Shown here in pieces: positions 1 to 9,949 of a stretch of DNA of 64,000 nt. A program made the translations under genes and the position numbers. The DNA is taken from assembly GCA_963823035.1 (NCBI GenBank), contig CAWGKG010000012.1, positions 493,369 to 557,368 of the forward strand, in the 5' to 3' direction. The notes under the pieces were generated by a model. It did no database searches. It saw only the letters and a list, made by a program, of their open reading frames with translations, and was not told the origin of the DNA. This DNA is from an uncultured Gemmatimonadales bacterium (GTDB taxonomy: Bacteria > Gemmatimonadota > Gemmatimonadetes > Longimicrobiales > Gaopeijiaceae). Position 1 is the stretch's first letter. Each line of letters begins with the position of its first letter.

Positions 1-803
1 TGACGTTCATGCTCGGCAACGCCGCGATCGATGCGGCGCACAAGCTGCGCGATCAGGTCCGCGAGGCCGTCGCCGAGAAGTGGGAGGTGCGCGCTTCGGA
101 GGTTCTGCTCGCCGGGGGCCGCGCGCTGTGGGCGCCCGACACCGAACGCCAGCTGCCGATCCGGGAAGCGTTCCACCTCGCCGAGGCCCGGTTCGGGACG
201 CTCGGCGCCACCGGCTGGTACGACACCCCCAAGGACGTGCACGGAGCCTACCGCGGCGGCACGATCGGCGCGTCGCCCGCCTACTCCTTCACCGCGCACG
301 TGGCGGAGGTCGAGGTGCACGCCGAGACCGGTATCGTGGACGTGAAGAAGATCTGGGTGGCGCACGACTGCGGCCGCGCGCTCAACCCCGTGCTCGTCGA
401 GGGCCAGATGGAAGGCTCGGCCTACATGGGCTTCGCCGAGGCGCTGATGGAGGAGCACGTCTTCAAGGACGGAGAGCACGGCCGTGCCGGGCTGCACAAC
501 GCACCCTCGCTCCTCGACTACAAGATCCCGACGAGCCTGGACACGCCCGAGCTCGAGTCGTTCATCGTGGAGTCGATCGATCCGGAGGGGCCCTACGGTG
601 CGAAGGAAGCCGGTGAGGGCCCCCTGCATCCTTCGATCCCCGCGATCGCCAACGCCATCTACGACGCGGTGGGCGTGCGCCTCGACCGGCTCCCCTTCTC
701 CCCGCCGGCGGTGTGGCGGGCGCTTCGCGCCGCCGAGGCCGAGCACGCGCTCCGCAAGCCGCCCGCGCCCTCGTCACCACGACAACCCGTGAGCGCGGAC
801 TGA
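1..803 (+). CDS. Xanthine-oxidase-family molybdopterin-binding subunit, C-terminal part (4-hydroxybenzoyl-CoA reductase alpha-like); 5' end outside the window
   Basis: Motifs AHDCGRALNP..VEGQMEG, LLDYKIPT and GPYGAKEAGEG..PAIANAIYDAVGVR; an HcrB-like gene lies downstream. Confidence 0.9.
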   Translation, partial: TFMLGNAAIDAAHKLRDQVREAVAEKWEVRASEVLLAGGRALWAPDTERQLPIREAFHLAEARFGTLGATGWYDTPKDVHGAYRGGTIGASPAYSFTAHVAEVEVHAETGIVDVKKIWVAHDCGRALNPVLVEGQMEGSAYMGFAEALMEEHVFKDGEHGRAGLHNAPSLLDYKIPTSLDTPELESFIVESIDPEGPYGAKEAGEGPLHPSIPAIANAIYDAVGVRLDRLPFSPPAVWRALRAAEAEHALRKPPAPSSPRQPVSAD

Positions 804-808
804 GAACG

Positions 809-1771
809 ATGTCACGAAAGCCGATCCTCATCGCCCTGCTGGGGCTCCTGATCGCGGGAGGGGCGTATCTCCTGCGCTCCGACGACTTCACGGCGGGCTT
901 CCGCGACGACCACGGCGGCGCCGCCGTGGTCGACGGGTCGGCGCCCACGTGGGAAGACGCGGATTGGGACATCTTCTCGGGCAAGGTGCGCTGGGCGCTC
1001 GACCACGGGTTGGATACGCTCGCCCTCGGCGACGCCGTGGCGGCGATCGGCCGCACGTTCGTCGGCACGCCCTACGTGCCCCACACGCTCGAAGCGGACG
1101 GTCCGGAGCACCTCGTGATCGACTTTCGCGGACTCGACTGCGTGACCTTCGTCGAGACCGCGCTCACCACGGCCCGCTTCGTGCGCGACCCCCGGGCCGC
1201 GACGCTCCTCGATGAGCGCGGCCGCGCCGAGGAGCGCTACGAAGCGCTCCTGCGGCAGCTCCGGTACCGGGGCGGGGAGCTGGCGGGCTACTCCAGCCGA
1301 CTTCACTACTTCACCGACTGGATCGCGGATGCCGAGTCGAAGGGGCTTCTCCACGACGTGACGAGGGAGCTGGGCGGCGCGCGTGACACCGAGCCGGTGG
1401 ACTTCATGAGCACGCACGTGGACGCCTACCGGCAGCTCGCCGGGGATGCGGGTGCCGTGGCGGCGATCCGCCGTGCCGAGGAACGCCTATCGGCGGCCGG
1501 ACGCTGGTACGTGCCGGAGGATCGCATCGCGGACGTCGCCGGCGACATCCACGACGGCGACGTCATCGCCGCGACCAGCACGGTGCCGGGCCTCGACGTC
1601 GCGCACACCGGCCTCGCGCTCCACGTCGACGGTGCGCTGCACCTCATGCACGCGCCCCTGGTCGGGGACTCCGTCCAGATCAGCGAGGAGCCGCTCGCAG
1701 CGCGTATTCTGCGTATCACCGGACAGGACGGGATCATCGTGGCGCGCCCGCTCGATGGAGGAGGCCGATGA
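809..1771 (+). CDS. DUF1460 / NlpC-P60-like N-acetylmuramoyl-L-alanine amidase, exported
   Basis: N-terminal signal/anchor; motifs GTPY, GLDCVTFVE, RLHYFTDW, LDVAHTG, LMHA. Confidence 0.85.
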   Translation: MSRKPILIALLGLLIAGGAYLLRSDDFTAGFRDDHGGAAVVDGSAPTWEDADWDIFSGKVRWALDHGLDTLALGDAVAAIGRTFVGTPYVPHTLEADGPEHLVIDFRGLDCVTFVETALTTARFVRDPRAATLLDERGRAEERYEALLRQLRYRGGELAGYSSRLHYFTDWIADAESKGLLHDVTRELGGARDTEPVDFMSTHVDAYRQLAGDAGAVAAIRRAEERLSAAGRWYVPEDRIADVAGDIHDGDVIAATSTVPGLDVAHTGLALHVDGALHLMHAPLVGDSVQISEEPLAARILRITGQDGIIVARPLDGGGR

Positions 1772-1818
1772 CGGCGCGGTCGCGGGCGACCCCACGACGG
1801 ATGCGGGCACACGTGCCC

Positions 1819-2802
1819 ATGCTGAGGCTGCCACCCTACCGCTACCACCGCCCCGCCACGGTCGACCAGGCGGTCGCCCTCCTGGGCGAGCACGCCGGCG
1901 ACGTCATGCCGGTGGCGGGCGGGACGGACCTCGTTCCCAACATGAAGCACCGCCTGTTCGAGCCGGGCCACCTGGTGGCGCTGAAGGGCCTGGCGGAGCT
2001 GAAGGGCATCCGCGAGGAGGACGGTTGGCTGCGCATCGGCGCGGCGGAGACGCTCGCGACCGTCGCCGCCGACCCCACGGTCCGGCGCCTCTTCCCCACC
2101 CTGGCCGAGGCCGCGGGGAACGTGGCGGGCCCGCAGCTGCGCAACATGGGCACGCTGGGCGGCAACCTCTGCCTGGACACCCGCTGCACGTACTACAACC
2201 AGACGGCGTTCTGGCGGGGCGCGCTCGGCTATTGCCTGAAGAAGGACGGCACCGTGTGCCACGTCACGCACGTCGGCAAGAAGTGCGTCGCGGCCCACTC
2301 GGCGGACACGCCGCCGGTGCTCATGGTCCTGGACGCCGTGGCGGACGTGGTCGGCCCGGACGGCGCCCGCGAGATCGCGGTGCGCGACTTCTTCGTTGCC
2401 GACGGGATCGCGAACACACGGCGGGAGCCGGGCGAGATCGTGACGGCGCTGCGCGTCCCCCTCGCCTCCGCGGCGCGCCGAGGCGGCTACGCCAAGCTCC
2501 GGCAGCGGCAGTCGATCGACTTCCCGCTCCTGACCGTGGCCGTGGCCGCCGAGCTGGACGGCGACGGCGTCGTGCGCTCGGTCGAAGGGGTCGTCACGGC
2601 GCTCGGGTCGAGGCCGAAGGAGTTGACCGGTTGGTCCGAGCTGGCCGGGGGCCGCCGGCTCGACGACACGCTGATCTCGGAGCTGGCCGAGCGGGCGCAC
2701 AAGCAGTGCCACCCGCTGGAGAACATCACGCTGGATCCGGAGTGGCGCCGGGCGATGGTTCCGGTCTACGTGCGCCGAGCCCTGGAGCGCCTGACGGCAT
2801 GA
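1819..2802 (+). CDS. FAD-binding subunit of a molybdo-flavoenzyme, HcrB-like, with [4Fe-4S] insertion
   Basis: AGGTDL, QLRNMGTLGGN, Cys cluster TRC..YC..VC..KC, KLRQRQSIDFP; start could be 1768, 1801 or 1819. Confidence 0.88.
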   Translation: MLRLPPYRYHRPATVDQAVALLGEHAGDVMPVAGGTDLVPNMKHRLFEPGHLVALKGLAELKGIREEDGWLRIGAAETLATVAADPTVRRLFPTLAEAAGNVAGPQLRNMGTLGGNLCLDTRCTYYNQTAFWRGALGYCLKKDGTVCHVTHVGKKCVAAHSADTPPVLMVLDAVADVVGPDGAREIAVRDFFVADGIANTRREPGEIVTALRVPLASAARRGGYAKLRQRQSIDFPLLTVAVAAELDGDGVVRSVEGVVTALGSRPKELTGWSELAGGRRLDDTLISELAERAHKQCHPLENITLDPEWRRAMVPVYVRRALERLTA

Positions 2803-2873
2803 CGGGACACAACACCATCCTCGGGAGCCCTGAGACGCACCGCCTGCTGATGGAGTTCCTGGCCGAGGCTTGA
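2799..2873 (+). pseudogene. 24-aa ORF resembling an alpha/beta-hydrolase C-terminus
   Basis: ATGA overlap with the upstream stop; MTGHNTILGSPETHRLLMEFLAEA. Confidence 0.4.
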
Positions 2874-2879
2874 GCCCGC

Positions 2880-4119
2880 TCAGCTACCCGCGCGCTCCAT
2901 CGCGAGGTCGACCGCGGCGGCCATGACGCCGGCGCGCCGCTCCCCGACGCGGTCCACGACCGCGTCGACCCCTTCGTCCACGGTCGCGCCCGACGTCCTC
3001 GAAGATGCGCGCCGCGCTCTGCGGCTCGGATCCCGCCATGAGGTTGAAGAAGGCGCGCGCCATCCCGAGGCTCGCGACGACCTCGGGCAGGACTTCGAAT
3101 TCGGCATCGGCGGCCTGCGCGGTGTCGGTGTCGCCCAGGCGCACCTCCCGGATCGGCTGGTTCGCGCCGCAGATGATGCGCCTGGTGCCGTGCCGGGCGA
3201 GCTGCGCGAGCCGGCGCGAGTCCACGGAGCCGGAGATGGCGGCGGGCACGAAGAGGTCGGCCTCGCCATGATAGGCCAGCTCCCGCTCCTCCCCTGAGAT
3301 CCTGTGTGGGTGATCCGGAAGGGTACGCCCGGTGCGGCGCCGCAGGAGGTCCTCCACGTCGGCCGCGTCCAGACCCTCGGGACTCGCCAGGCCGTGCAGG
3401 GCGTCGACGATGCCGGTGACGCGAGCGCCCATGCGCGCAAAGTAGAGCGCCGCCGCCGCGCCTACGTTGCCGAACCCCTCCACCACCACGCGTACGCCCT
3501 CGAGGCACTCACCCCGTCGCTCGTAGAGGCGCGCCGCGGCGCGCGCCACCCCGTACCCCGTCACCAGGTCGGAGACCGACAGGTCGACTCCCTCGACCGC
3601 GTGCTCCGGGCCGGCGGGCTGATGGAGCCCGTCACGAAGGAAGCCGACCGCCCGCTCGACCGCCTCGCCGTCGAGGCCGAGGTGGCCCCGCAAGATCCCC
3701 TCCTGGGGATGGACGATGCCGAGCTCGGCGCACAGGGGCACGACGTCGCGCTGCTCGTCGACATTGACGTCGCCACCGGTGCCGTAGCGCGAGAGGAGGA
3801 AGGGGCGGATCGCGCCGTACCACCGCCGCAGGACGTCCTCGCGCCGCGGGTCCGCGGGATCGAAGTCGATCCCCGACTTCCCGCCTCCGATGGGCGGTCC
3901 GGAGAAGGCGAACTTGAGCTGCATGGCCTTCGCCAGATACGTGACCTCTTCGCGCGTCACCCCCCGGCGCATGCGCGTGCCGCCCCCGGCGGCGCCTCCG
4001 TGCAGCGAGTTGATCACCAACCACCCCTGCGCCTCCGTCTCGGGGTCGTGCCACTCGAACACCTGGGTCGGCGGAGCCTGCAGATAGGCGCCGTAACGCG
4101 CCCAGATGTTGCCGCTCAT
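2880..4119 (-). CDS. Glu/Leu/Phe/Val dehydrogenase family protein; probable frameshift near 2985
   Basis: GGAAGGGTRM, GGGKSG, GTGGD, TGYG, GFGNVG Rossmann motif, CGAN; a protein-like C-terminus continues in the frame ending at 2880. Confidence 0.88.
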
Positions 4120-4147
4120 TTCGGAATGCGGGGGAGGAGGGAGTGGG

Positions 4148-5716
4148 TCAAGACAGCAGGAAGATGGAGATGAGGAAGTCCGAGACCAACGTGATCGTCA
4201 CGATGGCCGTCAGGTTCAGGAGGAAGCCCGCGCGGCTCATCTGCGGAATCGTCAGATACCCGGAGCTGAAGACGATGGCGTTCGGCGGGGTGGCGACGGG
4301 GAGCATGAAGGCCATGGAGGCCGCGAGCGCCGCCGTCGTCATGAGCAGGAGCGGCTCCATGCCGAGCCCGGCCGCGGCGCCGGCCATCACCGGCATGGCC
4401 ATGCTGGTGGTGGCCACGTTGGAGGTGAGTTCCGTGAGGAAGACGATCAGGGTGGCGACCGCCGCCACCACCACCCAGCCGGGAACCGAGCTGAGGGCCG
4501 CCACCACGCCACCGATCCACGCGGCCAGCCCGGATTGCTCCATGGCCACGGCCAGGGAGAGGCCGCCGCCGAAGAGCACGAGCACGCCCCACGGGATCCG
4601 CCGCGCCGTCTTCCAGTCCAGACAGAACTCCCCACGGCGGAGCTCGCCCGCTGGGAGGAGGAAGAGCACGACCGCAGCGGCCATCGCGATCGTCGAGTCG
4701 CGCAGGTTGGGCATGAGCGTCTGCAGCCCGGGGATGGTCACGCCACCGATCGTCTTCTCCGCCCGGAGCACCCACGCCAGCGCCGTCAGGGCGAAGACCA
4801 GGCCGGTGAGCTTCTCGCCGCGGGAGGGCGACCCCAGCGCGTCGCGCTCCGTCTGGATGATGGCCGCCGCGTCGCCGTGCAGGTCCCCCGGCGGGTGGAG
4901 TACCCGCGTCAGCAGGAGCCACGCGGCCGGGATCATCACCATGCTCACTGGGACGCCCACGCCCATCCACTGGACGAAGCCGATCTCGCGGCCCAGCAGC
5001 TCGCTGGCGGCGGCGGCGAGCACGGCGTTGGGTGGCGTGCCGATGAGGGTGGCCACCCCGCCCAGGGACGCGGCGTACGCCACGCCGAGCATGAGCGCGA
5101 CCCCGAAGTTGTACACTCCTTCCTCGGCGTCCTGCGGGCGCAGCATCTCACCGACGGCCAGCGCGATCGGCAACATCATCGCGGCCGTCGCCGTGTTGCT
5201 GATCCACATGGAGAGGAACGCCGTCGCGAGCATGAAGCCGAGCACGAGACGGTTGGGGCCGGTGCCGACCCACGCCATGATCCTGAGTGCGATGCGCTTG
5301 TGCAGCCCCCACTTCTCCATCGTGACGGCGAGGAGGAAGCCGCCCATGAAGAGGAAGATCAGCTCGCTGGCGTACGGAGCCGACGCGGCCGCGGCGCTCA
5401 GCACGCCGAGAGTGGGGAAGAGCGCGAGGGGGAGGAGGGCCGTCGCGGGGATCGGGAGCGCCTCGGTCATCCACCAGACGGCCATCAGGACCGCCACGGC
5501 CGCGGTGCGCCACCCCTCGAGCCCGAGGCCGGCCGGCGCGGGCGTCGCAAGCATGACGAGGAAGACGATTCCGCCGGCGAAGAGCCCGATCCTCTGGGCG
5601 GGCCGATAGGTGTGCTCCCGACTGCCGTCGTCCAAGGGCGACTCCGCGACCGTGGAGGAGCCCCGCCCGAACGCGGGGCCGCGCGGCAGTGTGCGTGAAG
5701 AAAGCCCGTCCGGCAA
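4148..5716 (-). CDS. DASS/SLC13 family Na+-coupled anion symporter (start uncertain)
   Basis: MWISNTAT, GTPPN, TELTSN and PVATPPNAIV motifs; many TM helices. Confidence 0.93.
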   Translation of the reverse strand: MPDGLSSRTLPRGPAFGRGSSTVAESPLDDGSREHTYRPAQRIGLFAGGIVFLVMLATPAPAGLGLEGWRTAAVAVLMAVWWMTEALPIPATALLPLALFPTLGVLSAAAASAPYASELIFLFMGGFLLAVTMEKWGLHKRIALRIMAWVGTGPNRLVLGFMLATAFLSMWISNTATAAMMLPIALAVGEMLRPQDAEEGVYNFGVALMLGVAYAASLGGVATLIGTPPNAVLAAAASELLGREIGFVQWMGVGVPVSMVMIPAAWLLLTRVLHPPGDLHGDAAAIIQTERDALGSPSRGEKLTGLVFALTALAWVLRAEKTIGGVTIPGLQTLMPNLRDSTIAMAAAVVLFLLPAGELRRGEFCLDWKTARRIPWGVLVLFGGGLSLAVAMEQSGLAAWIGGVVAALSSVPGWVVVAAVATLIVFLTELTSNVATTSMAMPVMAGAAAGLGMEPLLLMTTAALAASMAFMLPVATPPNAIVFSSGYLTIPQMSRAGFLLNLTAIVTITLVSDFLISIFLLS

Positions 5717-5746
5717 CCGTAGTTACGCTGATGGCACGCAGCCGTC

Positions 5747-6295
5747 GTGGAGCAGGAGAACAGGGAGACTTCCATGGACCTGCGCGGGCGGCCCGTCTAC
5801 AAGGAATCGACCCCCTGGCCCGGATGGATCCTGATCGTCTTCTGGGGGACGATCGCGCTCTCGATGGCGATCGTGGCGTCCGCCGGCGGCGTGGAGCGTG
5901 CGGGTCGAATCCTCGGTGCCCTGATCGTGGGCGGCGTGGCCGTCGCGGTCCAATGGCTCGTCGCGGGGCTCTCGGTCCGCCTCTACCGCGACGCGATGGT
6001 GGTCGGGATCGGCTCGTCGGGTCTGATCTCGAAGGGCATCGCCTACGGGGACATCGAGGATACCGAGTCCGTCCACTACCATCCGTTGCGCGACTTCGGC
6101 GGATGGGGAATCCGGGTCGGAAGGGACGGTCGGCGCGCGTGGACCGCGCGTGGCGACCAGGCCGTGGTGCTCCACCTGCGCGGAGGTACCCGGCTCTACG
6201 TGGGCAGCGAGCGTCCGCATCGCCTCGAGGAGCGGATCCGTGCCGTAGCCGGCACCCGCATCGGCGGGAAGGGCGGGGGTGAAGCCGGCGGCTGA
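5747..6295 (+). CDS. Hypothetical membrane protein (2 TM plus bacterial PH-like domain)
   Basis: Two hydrophobic helices, then FGGWGIR...AWTARG...YVGSERP. Confidence 0.75.
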   Translation: MEQENRETSMDLRGRPVYKESTPWPGWILIVFWGTIALSMAIVASAGGVERAGRILGALIVGGVAVAVQWLVAGLSVRLYRDAMVVGIGSSGLISKGIAYGDIEDTESVHYHPLRDFGGWGIRVGRDGRRAWTARGDQAVVLHLRGGTRLYVGSERPHRLEERIRAVAGTRIGGKGGGEAGG

Positions 6296-6348
6296 CCGCG
6301 CGCGCGATTCCCTCGAACCCCGGTGAGCGTCGAGGGTATGCGGGCGCC

Positions 6349-6435
6349 ATGAGCCGGCCCGAGCAAGACCCTGTTCGCAAGACGCCCTCCGTCTCGGACG
6401 CGATCGTTCGCGAGTTGCACGAGGAAGGATCATGA
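6349..6435 (+). other. 28-aa small ORF or gene remnant
   Basis: MSRPEQDPVRKTPSVSDAIVRELHEEGS; its stop overlaps the next ATG (ATGA). Confidence 0.3.
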
Positions 6436-6641
6436 CGTCCCACGTTCCCGTCGGCGCCCACGCTCCGGACTTCTCGCTGAGCCCGGCGCCCGGCGCGCCG
6501 CCCGTGACGCTCTCCGAGCTACGCGGACGGCCCGTGGTGCTGCTCTTCTTCCCTCTCGCCTTCTCGCGCGTATGCACCGAGGAGATGTGCGAGGTCCTCC
6601 CGCCCTTCGACGAGATCCGTTCGGTGGTGACGAACCTCTGA
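6432..6641 (+). pseudogene. Peroxiredoxin (AhpC/TSA, AhpE-like) with internal deletion
   Basis: VG..APDFSL and VVLLFFPLAFSRVCTEEMC (peroxidatic Cys motif), joined directly to C-terminus-like LPPFDEIRSVV; only 69 aa. Confidence 0.75.
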
Positions 6642-6662
6642 CCAGCGCGGGGTCGCGCGCGA

Positions 6663-7937
6663 CTACTTCCGCTCCAGCACCATCGCGAACCCCAGGCCGC
6701 CCGCCGCGCACACGGTCACCAGCCCGAGCTGCGACCCCCGTCGCGCCATCTCGTTCAGGAGGGTGAGCGTCACGCGTCCGCCCGTGGCGCCGAACGGGTG
6801 CCCGATCGCGATGGACCCGCCCATGACGTTGATGCGATCCAGGTCGGGATGACCGACCGGGGCGTCGCGCCCGAGCTCCCGACGTGCGAAGTCGCGCGAC
6901 CCCCACGCCTGCAGGTTCGAGAGCACCTGCGCGGCGAACGCCTCGTGCATCTCCATGAGCTCGATGTCCCCCATCGTGACGCCGGCGCGCTCGAGCGCCC
7001 AGGGCGCGGCCCACGCCGGCCCCTGCAGCAACTGGTCACCCGGGTCGAGCGCGCTCCACGCCCAGGAGCGCACCCACCCGAGCGGGCGGACCCCCTCGGC
7101 CTTCGCCTTCGCCTCGCTCATCAGGACGAGCGCCGAAGCGCCATCCGTGAGCGGCGACGCGTTGCCCGCCGTCACCGACCCGTGCTTGCGGTCGAACACG
7201 GGGGAGAGGCGGGACAGGGCCTCCAAACTCGTGTCGGAGCGGATGCCATTGTCCGCGGTGACCACGTCGTCGAAGCGCGGGGGAAGGTAGACCGGCGCGA
7301 TCTCGGAGAGGATGCGACCGTCCGCCACGCCCGCGGCCGCCCTCCTGTGCGAGCGGAGGGCCCACGCGTCCTGGTCCTCTCGCGAGATGCCGTTCTCCTT
7401 CGCCATGCGCTCGGCGGCCTCGCCCATCGTCTCGCCGGTGGTCGGCTCGGCGATGGCCGGCGCGACCGGGACGAGGTCGCGCGGCCGGATGCGCTTGAAG
7501 GGCGCGAGGCGCCGGCCGAGCGACTTGGCCCGCGACGCTTCGATCAGCGACCTGGAGAGCTCCTCCGACACGGTGATGGGAACGTGCGACAGGGACTCCG
7601 CTCCACCCGCGACGACCACGTCGGCCTGGCCGAGCTCGATGAGGGCGGTGGCGTCGGCGATGGCCTGGTTGGCGGACGAACACGCCCGTGAGACCGTAAC
7701 GGCGGGCACCGTCTTGGGGAGCACGGCCAGACCGACCTCGCGCGCGATGTTGGGTGCCTGCGGGTCGTGGACCACGGTGCCGTAGACGAGGTGGTCGACG
7801 TCTTCGCCTCGCAGGCCGCTGCGCGCCAGCGCCTCGCGGACGGCGACCTTGCCCAGCTCGATCGCCGTCAGGCGCTCGAAGCCGGTTCCGGAGCGGAGGA
7901 AGGGCGTGCGACACCCCGCGACGATGACGGTCTTCAT
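6663..7937 (-). CDS. fadI: Acetyl-CoA C-acyltransferase (thiolase), FadI-like
   Basis: SRACSS active-site Cys, HEAFA, GHPFGATG, CAAGGLG. Confidence 0.92.
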   Translation of the reverse strand: MKTVIVAGCRTPFLRSGTGFERLTAIELGKVAVREALARSGLRGEDVDHLVYGTVVHDPQAPNIAREVGLAVLPKTVPAVTVSRACSSANQAIADATALIELGQADVVVAGGAESLSHVPITVSEELSRSLIEASRAKSLGRRLAPFKRIRPRDLVPVAPAIAEPTTGETMGEAAERMAKENGISREDQDAWALRSHRRAAAGVADGRILSEIAPVYLPPRFDDVVTADNGIRSDTSLEALSRLSPVFDRKHGSVTAGNASPLTDGASALVLMSEAKAKAEGVRPLGWVRSWAWSALDPGDQLLQGPAWAAPWALERAGVTMGDIELMEMHEAFAAQVLSNLQAWGSRDFARRELGRDAPVGHPDLDRINVMGGSIAIGHPFGATGGRVTLTLLNEMARRGSQLGLVTVCAAGGLGFAMVLERK

Positions 7938-8116
7938 GCGGGCGACTCCGTGGAGAGGCGGCGTCCGGGACGGGACACCGCGATGAATACCCCGCAGGCC
8001 CGCGACGTTTCGGCGGACCCGCAGGCCGCGGTGGGCGCCCGCTGCGACGCGGGCTATCTTGAGAACGCCCGTGCCCGCGGCGAGCTGCCGCGCTCCTCGA
8101 AACGCACACCTCGTCG

Positions 8117-8665
8117 ATGCTCTCCGATCTGCAACACAAGAAGCTGACCCGGTATTTCCGTGTCTACGACGTGGACGACGACGGCCGCATCGCGCGCCCC
8201 GATTTCGAGCGTGTGGTCGAGAACGTACGCGCGCTCCACGGAGCCGACGAGCAGTCGTCCACGCACCGCAGGCTGCGCGACGGCTACCTGCGACGCTGGG
8301 AATCGCTCCGCTCTTCGGCGGACGCGAACCACGACGGTGGCGTCGACCTCTCGGAGTGGCTCGCCTACTGGAGCGACGTCCTGTCGGACGAGGATCGCTA
8401 CGAGGCGGAGGTCGCCGCGGTGACGCGGACGCTCTTCGACATCTTCGACACGGACGAGGACGGTGCCCTCGGGCCGGACGAGTTCTGCAACTTCTACGGC
8501 GTCTACGGCCTCAACTCCGCGACGGCTCGGCAGGTTTTCGCGGGGCTCGACGCGGACGGGGACGGGATCGTGAGCCGCCAGGAGCTCGAGGCCATGGCCC
8601 ACGAGTTCTACCGGAGCGACGATCCGCGTGCGCCGGGAAACCGGCTCTTCGGCCCGACCGGCTGA
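8117..8665 (+). CDS. Four-EF-hand Ca2+-binding protein (calerythrin-like)
   Basis: Loops DVDDDGRI, DANHDGGVD, DTDEDGALG, DADGDGIVS; C-terminal PGNRLFGP. Confidence 0.92.
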   Translation: MLSDLQHKKLTRYFRVYDVDDDGRIARPDFERVVENVRALHGADEQSSTHRRLRDGYLRRWESLRSSADANHDGGVDLSEWLAYWSDVLSDEDRYEAEVAAVTRTLFDIFDTDEDGALGPDEFCNFYGVYGLNSATARQVFAGLDADGDGIVSRQELEAMAHEFYRSDDPRAPGNRLFGPTG

Positions 8666-8679
8666 GGGGGCGGCGCCCC

Positions 8680-9936
8680 ATGCGTGCCGTCCGCTTCGAC
8701 GTCACCATCCCGGGCTTTCTGCTGGGGAAGGCCCTCGGGAGGGTCACGCAGTCCGTCGTCTTCGGAAGGATGAGCGGCCTCCGCTTGACGGACGTCGCCG
8801 AGCCTGAGTTGCCGGGGCGCGACTGGGTACGTCTCGAGGTGCTCAAGGCCGGCATCTGCGGCACCGACATCGGCAATCTCACCTTCTCGGCCAGCCCGGC
8901 CATGGAGCCCTTCGGCTCCTTCCCCGCGGTGCTCGGGCACGAGATCCTCGCGCGGGTGACGGAGGTGGGACCCGACGTGCGCTCGGTCGAACCGGGACAC
9001 CGGGTCGTGGTGGACCCCCTGGTCTCCTGCACGATGCGCGGGTACGGAGGCGCCGAGCGATGCCCCTCCTGCGCCGAGGGGATGCAGAACACCTGTGGTC
9101 GCATGGGCGAGGAAGGCAGGCTCGAGATCTCGGGTCACAGCCTGCGCCGTGGCACCACGATCGGTTACCACGCGGACCTCCCGGGCGGTTGGGGAGAGCG
9201 CGTGATCGCGCACGAGAGCCAGCTGCTCGTGGTGGACGACGCGCTCGACGATCGCACCGCGGTGCTGATCGAGCCGTTGTCGGTGGGGATGCACGCGGTG
9301 CTCCAGCTCCGACCTTGGGGGGATGGCCCCATCCTCGTGGTGGGGAGCGGGCCGATCGCGCTCGGCACCGTATGGGCCCTGCGCGCCGCCGGCTACGAGG
9401 GTCACCTCGTGGCGCAGATCAAGCGCGGGCACGAGGCGGCCGTGGCGCGCGCCCTCGGCGCGAGTGAAGTGGTATCCCCCGGCGACGAAGCGCGACAGGC
9501 GCTGGTCGACACGGGCGCGAGCGCCTACATGCCGATCGTTGGCGACGAGGTGTACGTCGGGGGTGGCTTCCCCCTGATCTTCGACTGCGTGGGCAGCCGG
9601 CAGAGCCTCGACCAGTCGCTCCGCTACGCCGCGGCGCGCGGCCGCATCGTCATGCTCGGGTGCGCCGCCGAGATCCGGAAGCTCGACCTGACGTTCGTGT
9701 GGGCGCACGAGATCACCGTGCGTGGCTTCGTCTGCTACGGGCGGGAGTCGTGGGAGGGTGGCCACCCGCACACCTTCCGCATCACCCACGACCTGCTCGT
9801 CCGGGGCGGCGCGCCGGTTTCGGACATCGTCACGCACGTCTTCCCGCTCCGGCAGTACCGCAACGCCCTGTCGACGGCCGCGAAACGCCGCAAGTCGGGC
9901 TCGATCAAGGTGTTGCTGGACCCGAGCGAGGGGTGA
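8680..9936 (+). CDS. Zn-dependent medium-chain dehydrogenase/reductase
   Basis: GICGTD, GHE, structural Zn Cys cluster, GSGPIA. Confidence 0.9.
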   Translation: MRAVRFDVTIPGFLLGKALGRVTQSVVFGRMSGLRLTDVAEPELPGRDWVRLEVLKAGICGTDIGNLTFSASPAMEPFGSFPAVLGHEILARVTEVGPDVRSVEPGHRVVVDPLVSCTMRGYGGAERCPSCAEGMQNTCGRMGEEGRLEISGHSLRRGTTIGYHADLPGGWGERVIAHESQLLVVDDALDDRTAVLIEPLSVGMHAVLQLRPWGDGPILVVGSGPIALGTVWALRAAGYEGHLVAQIKRGHEAAVARALGASEVVSPGDEARQALVDTGASAYMPIVGDEVYVGGGFPLIFDCVGSRQSLDQSLRYAAARGRIVMLGCAAEIRKLDLTFVWAHEITVRGFVCYGRESWEGGHPHTFRITHDLLVRGGAPVSDIVTHVFPLRQYRNALSTAAKRRKSGSIKVLLDPSEG

Positions 9937-9949
9937 CGGAGACGAGCGG

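Noticed and set aside
6432..6662. Selenocysteine readthrough of the peroxiredoxin TGA
   Set aside because: The TGA is not at the active site and no continuation exists
8059..9936. 625-aa extended dehydrogenase ORF
   Set aside because: The N-terminal part is a shadow frame of the EF-hand gene; the real start is 8680
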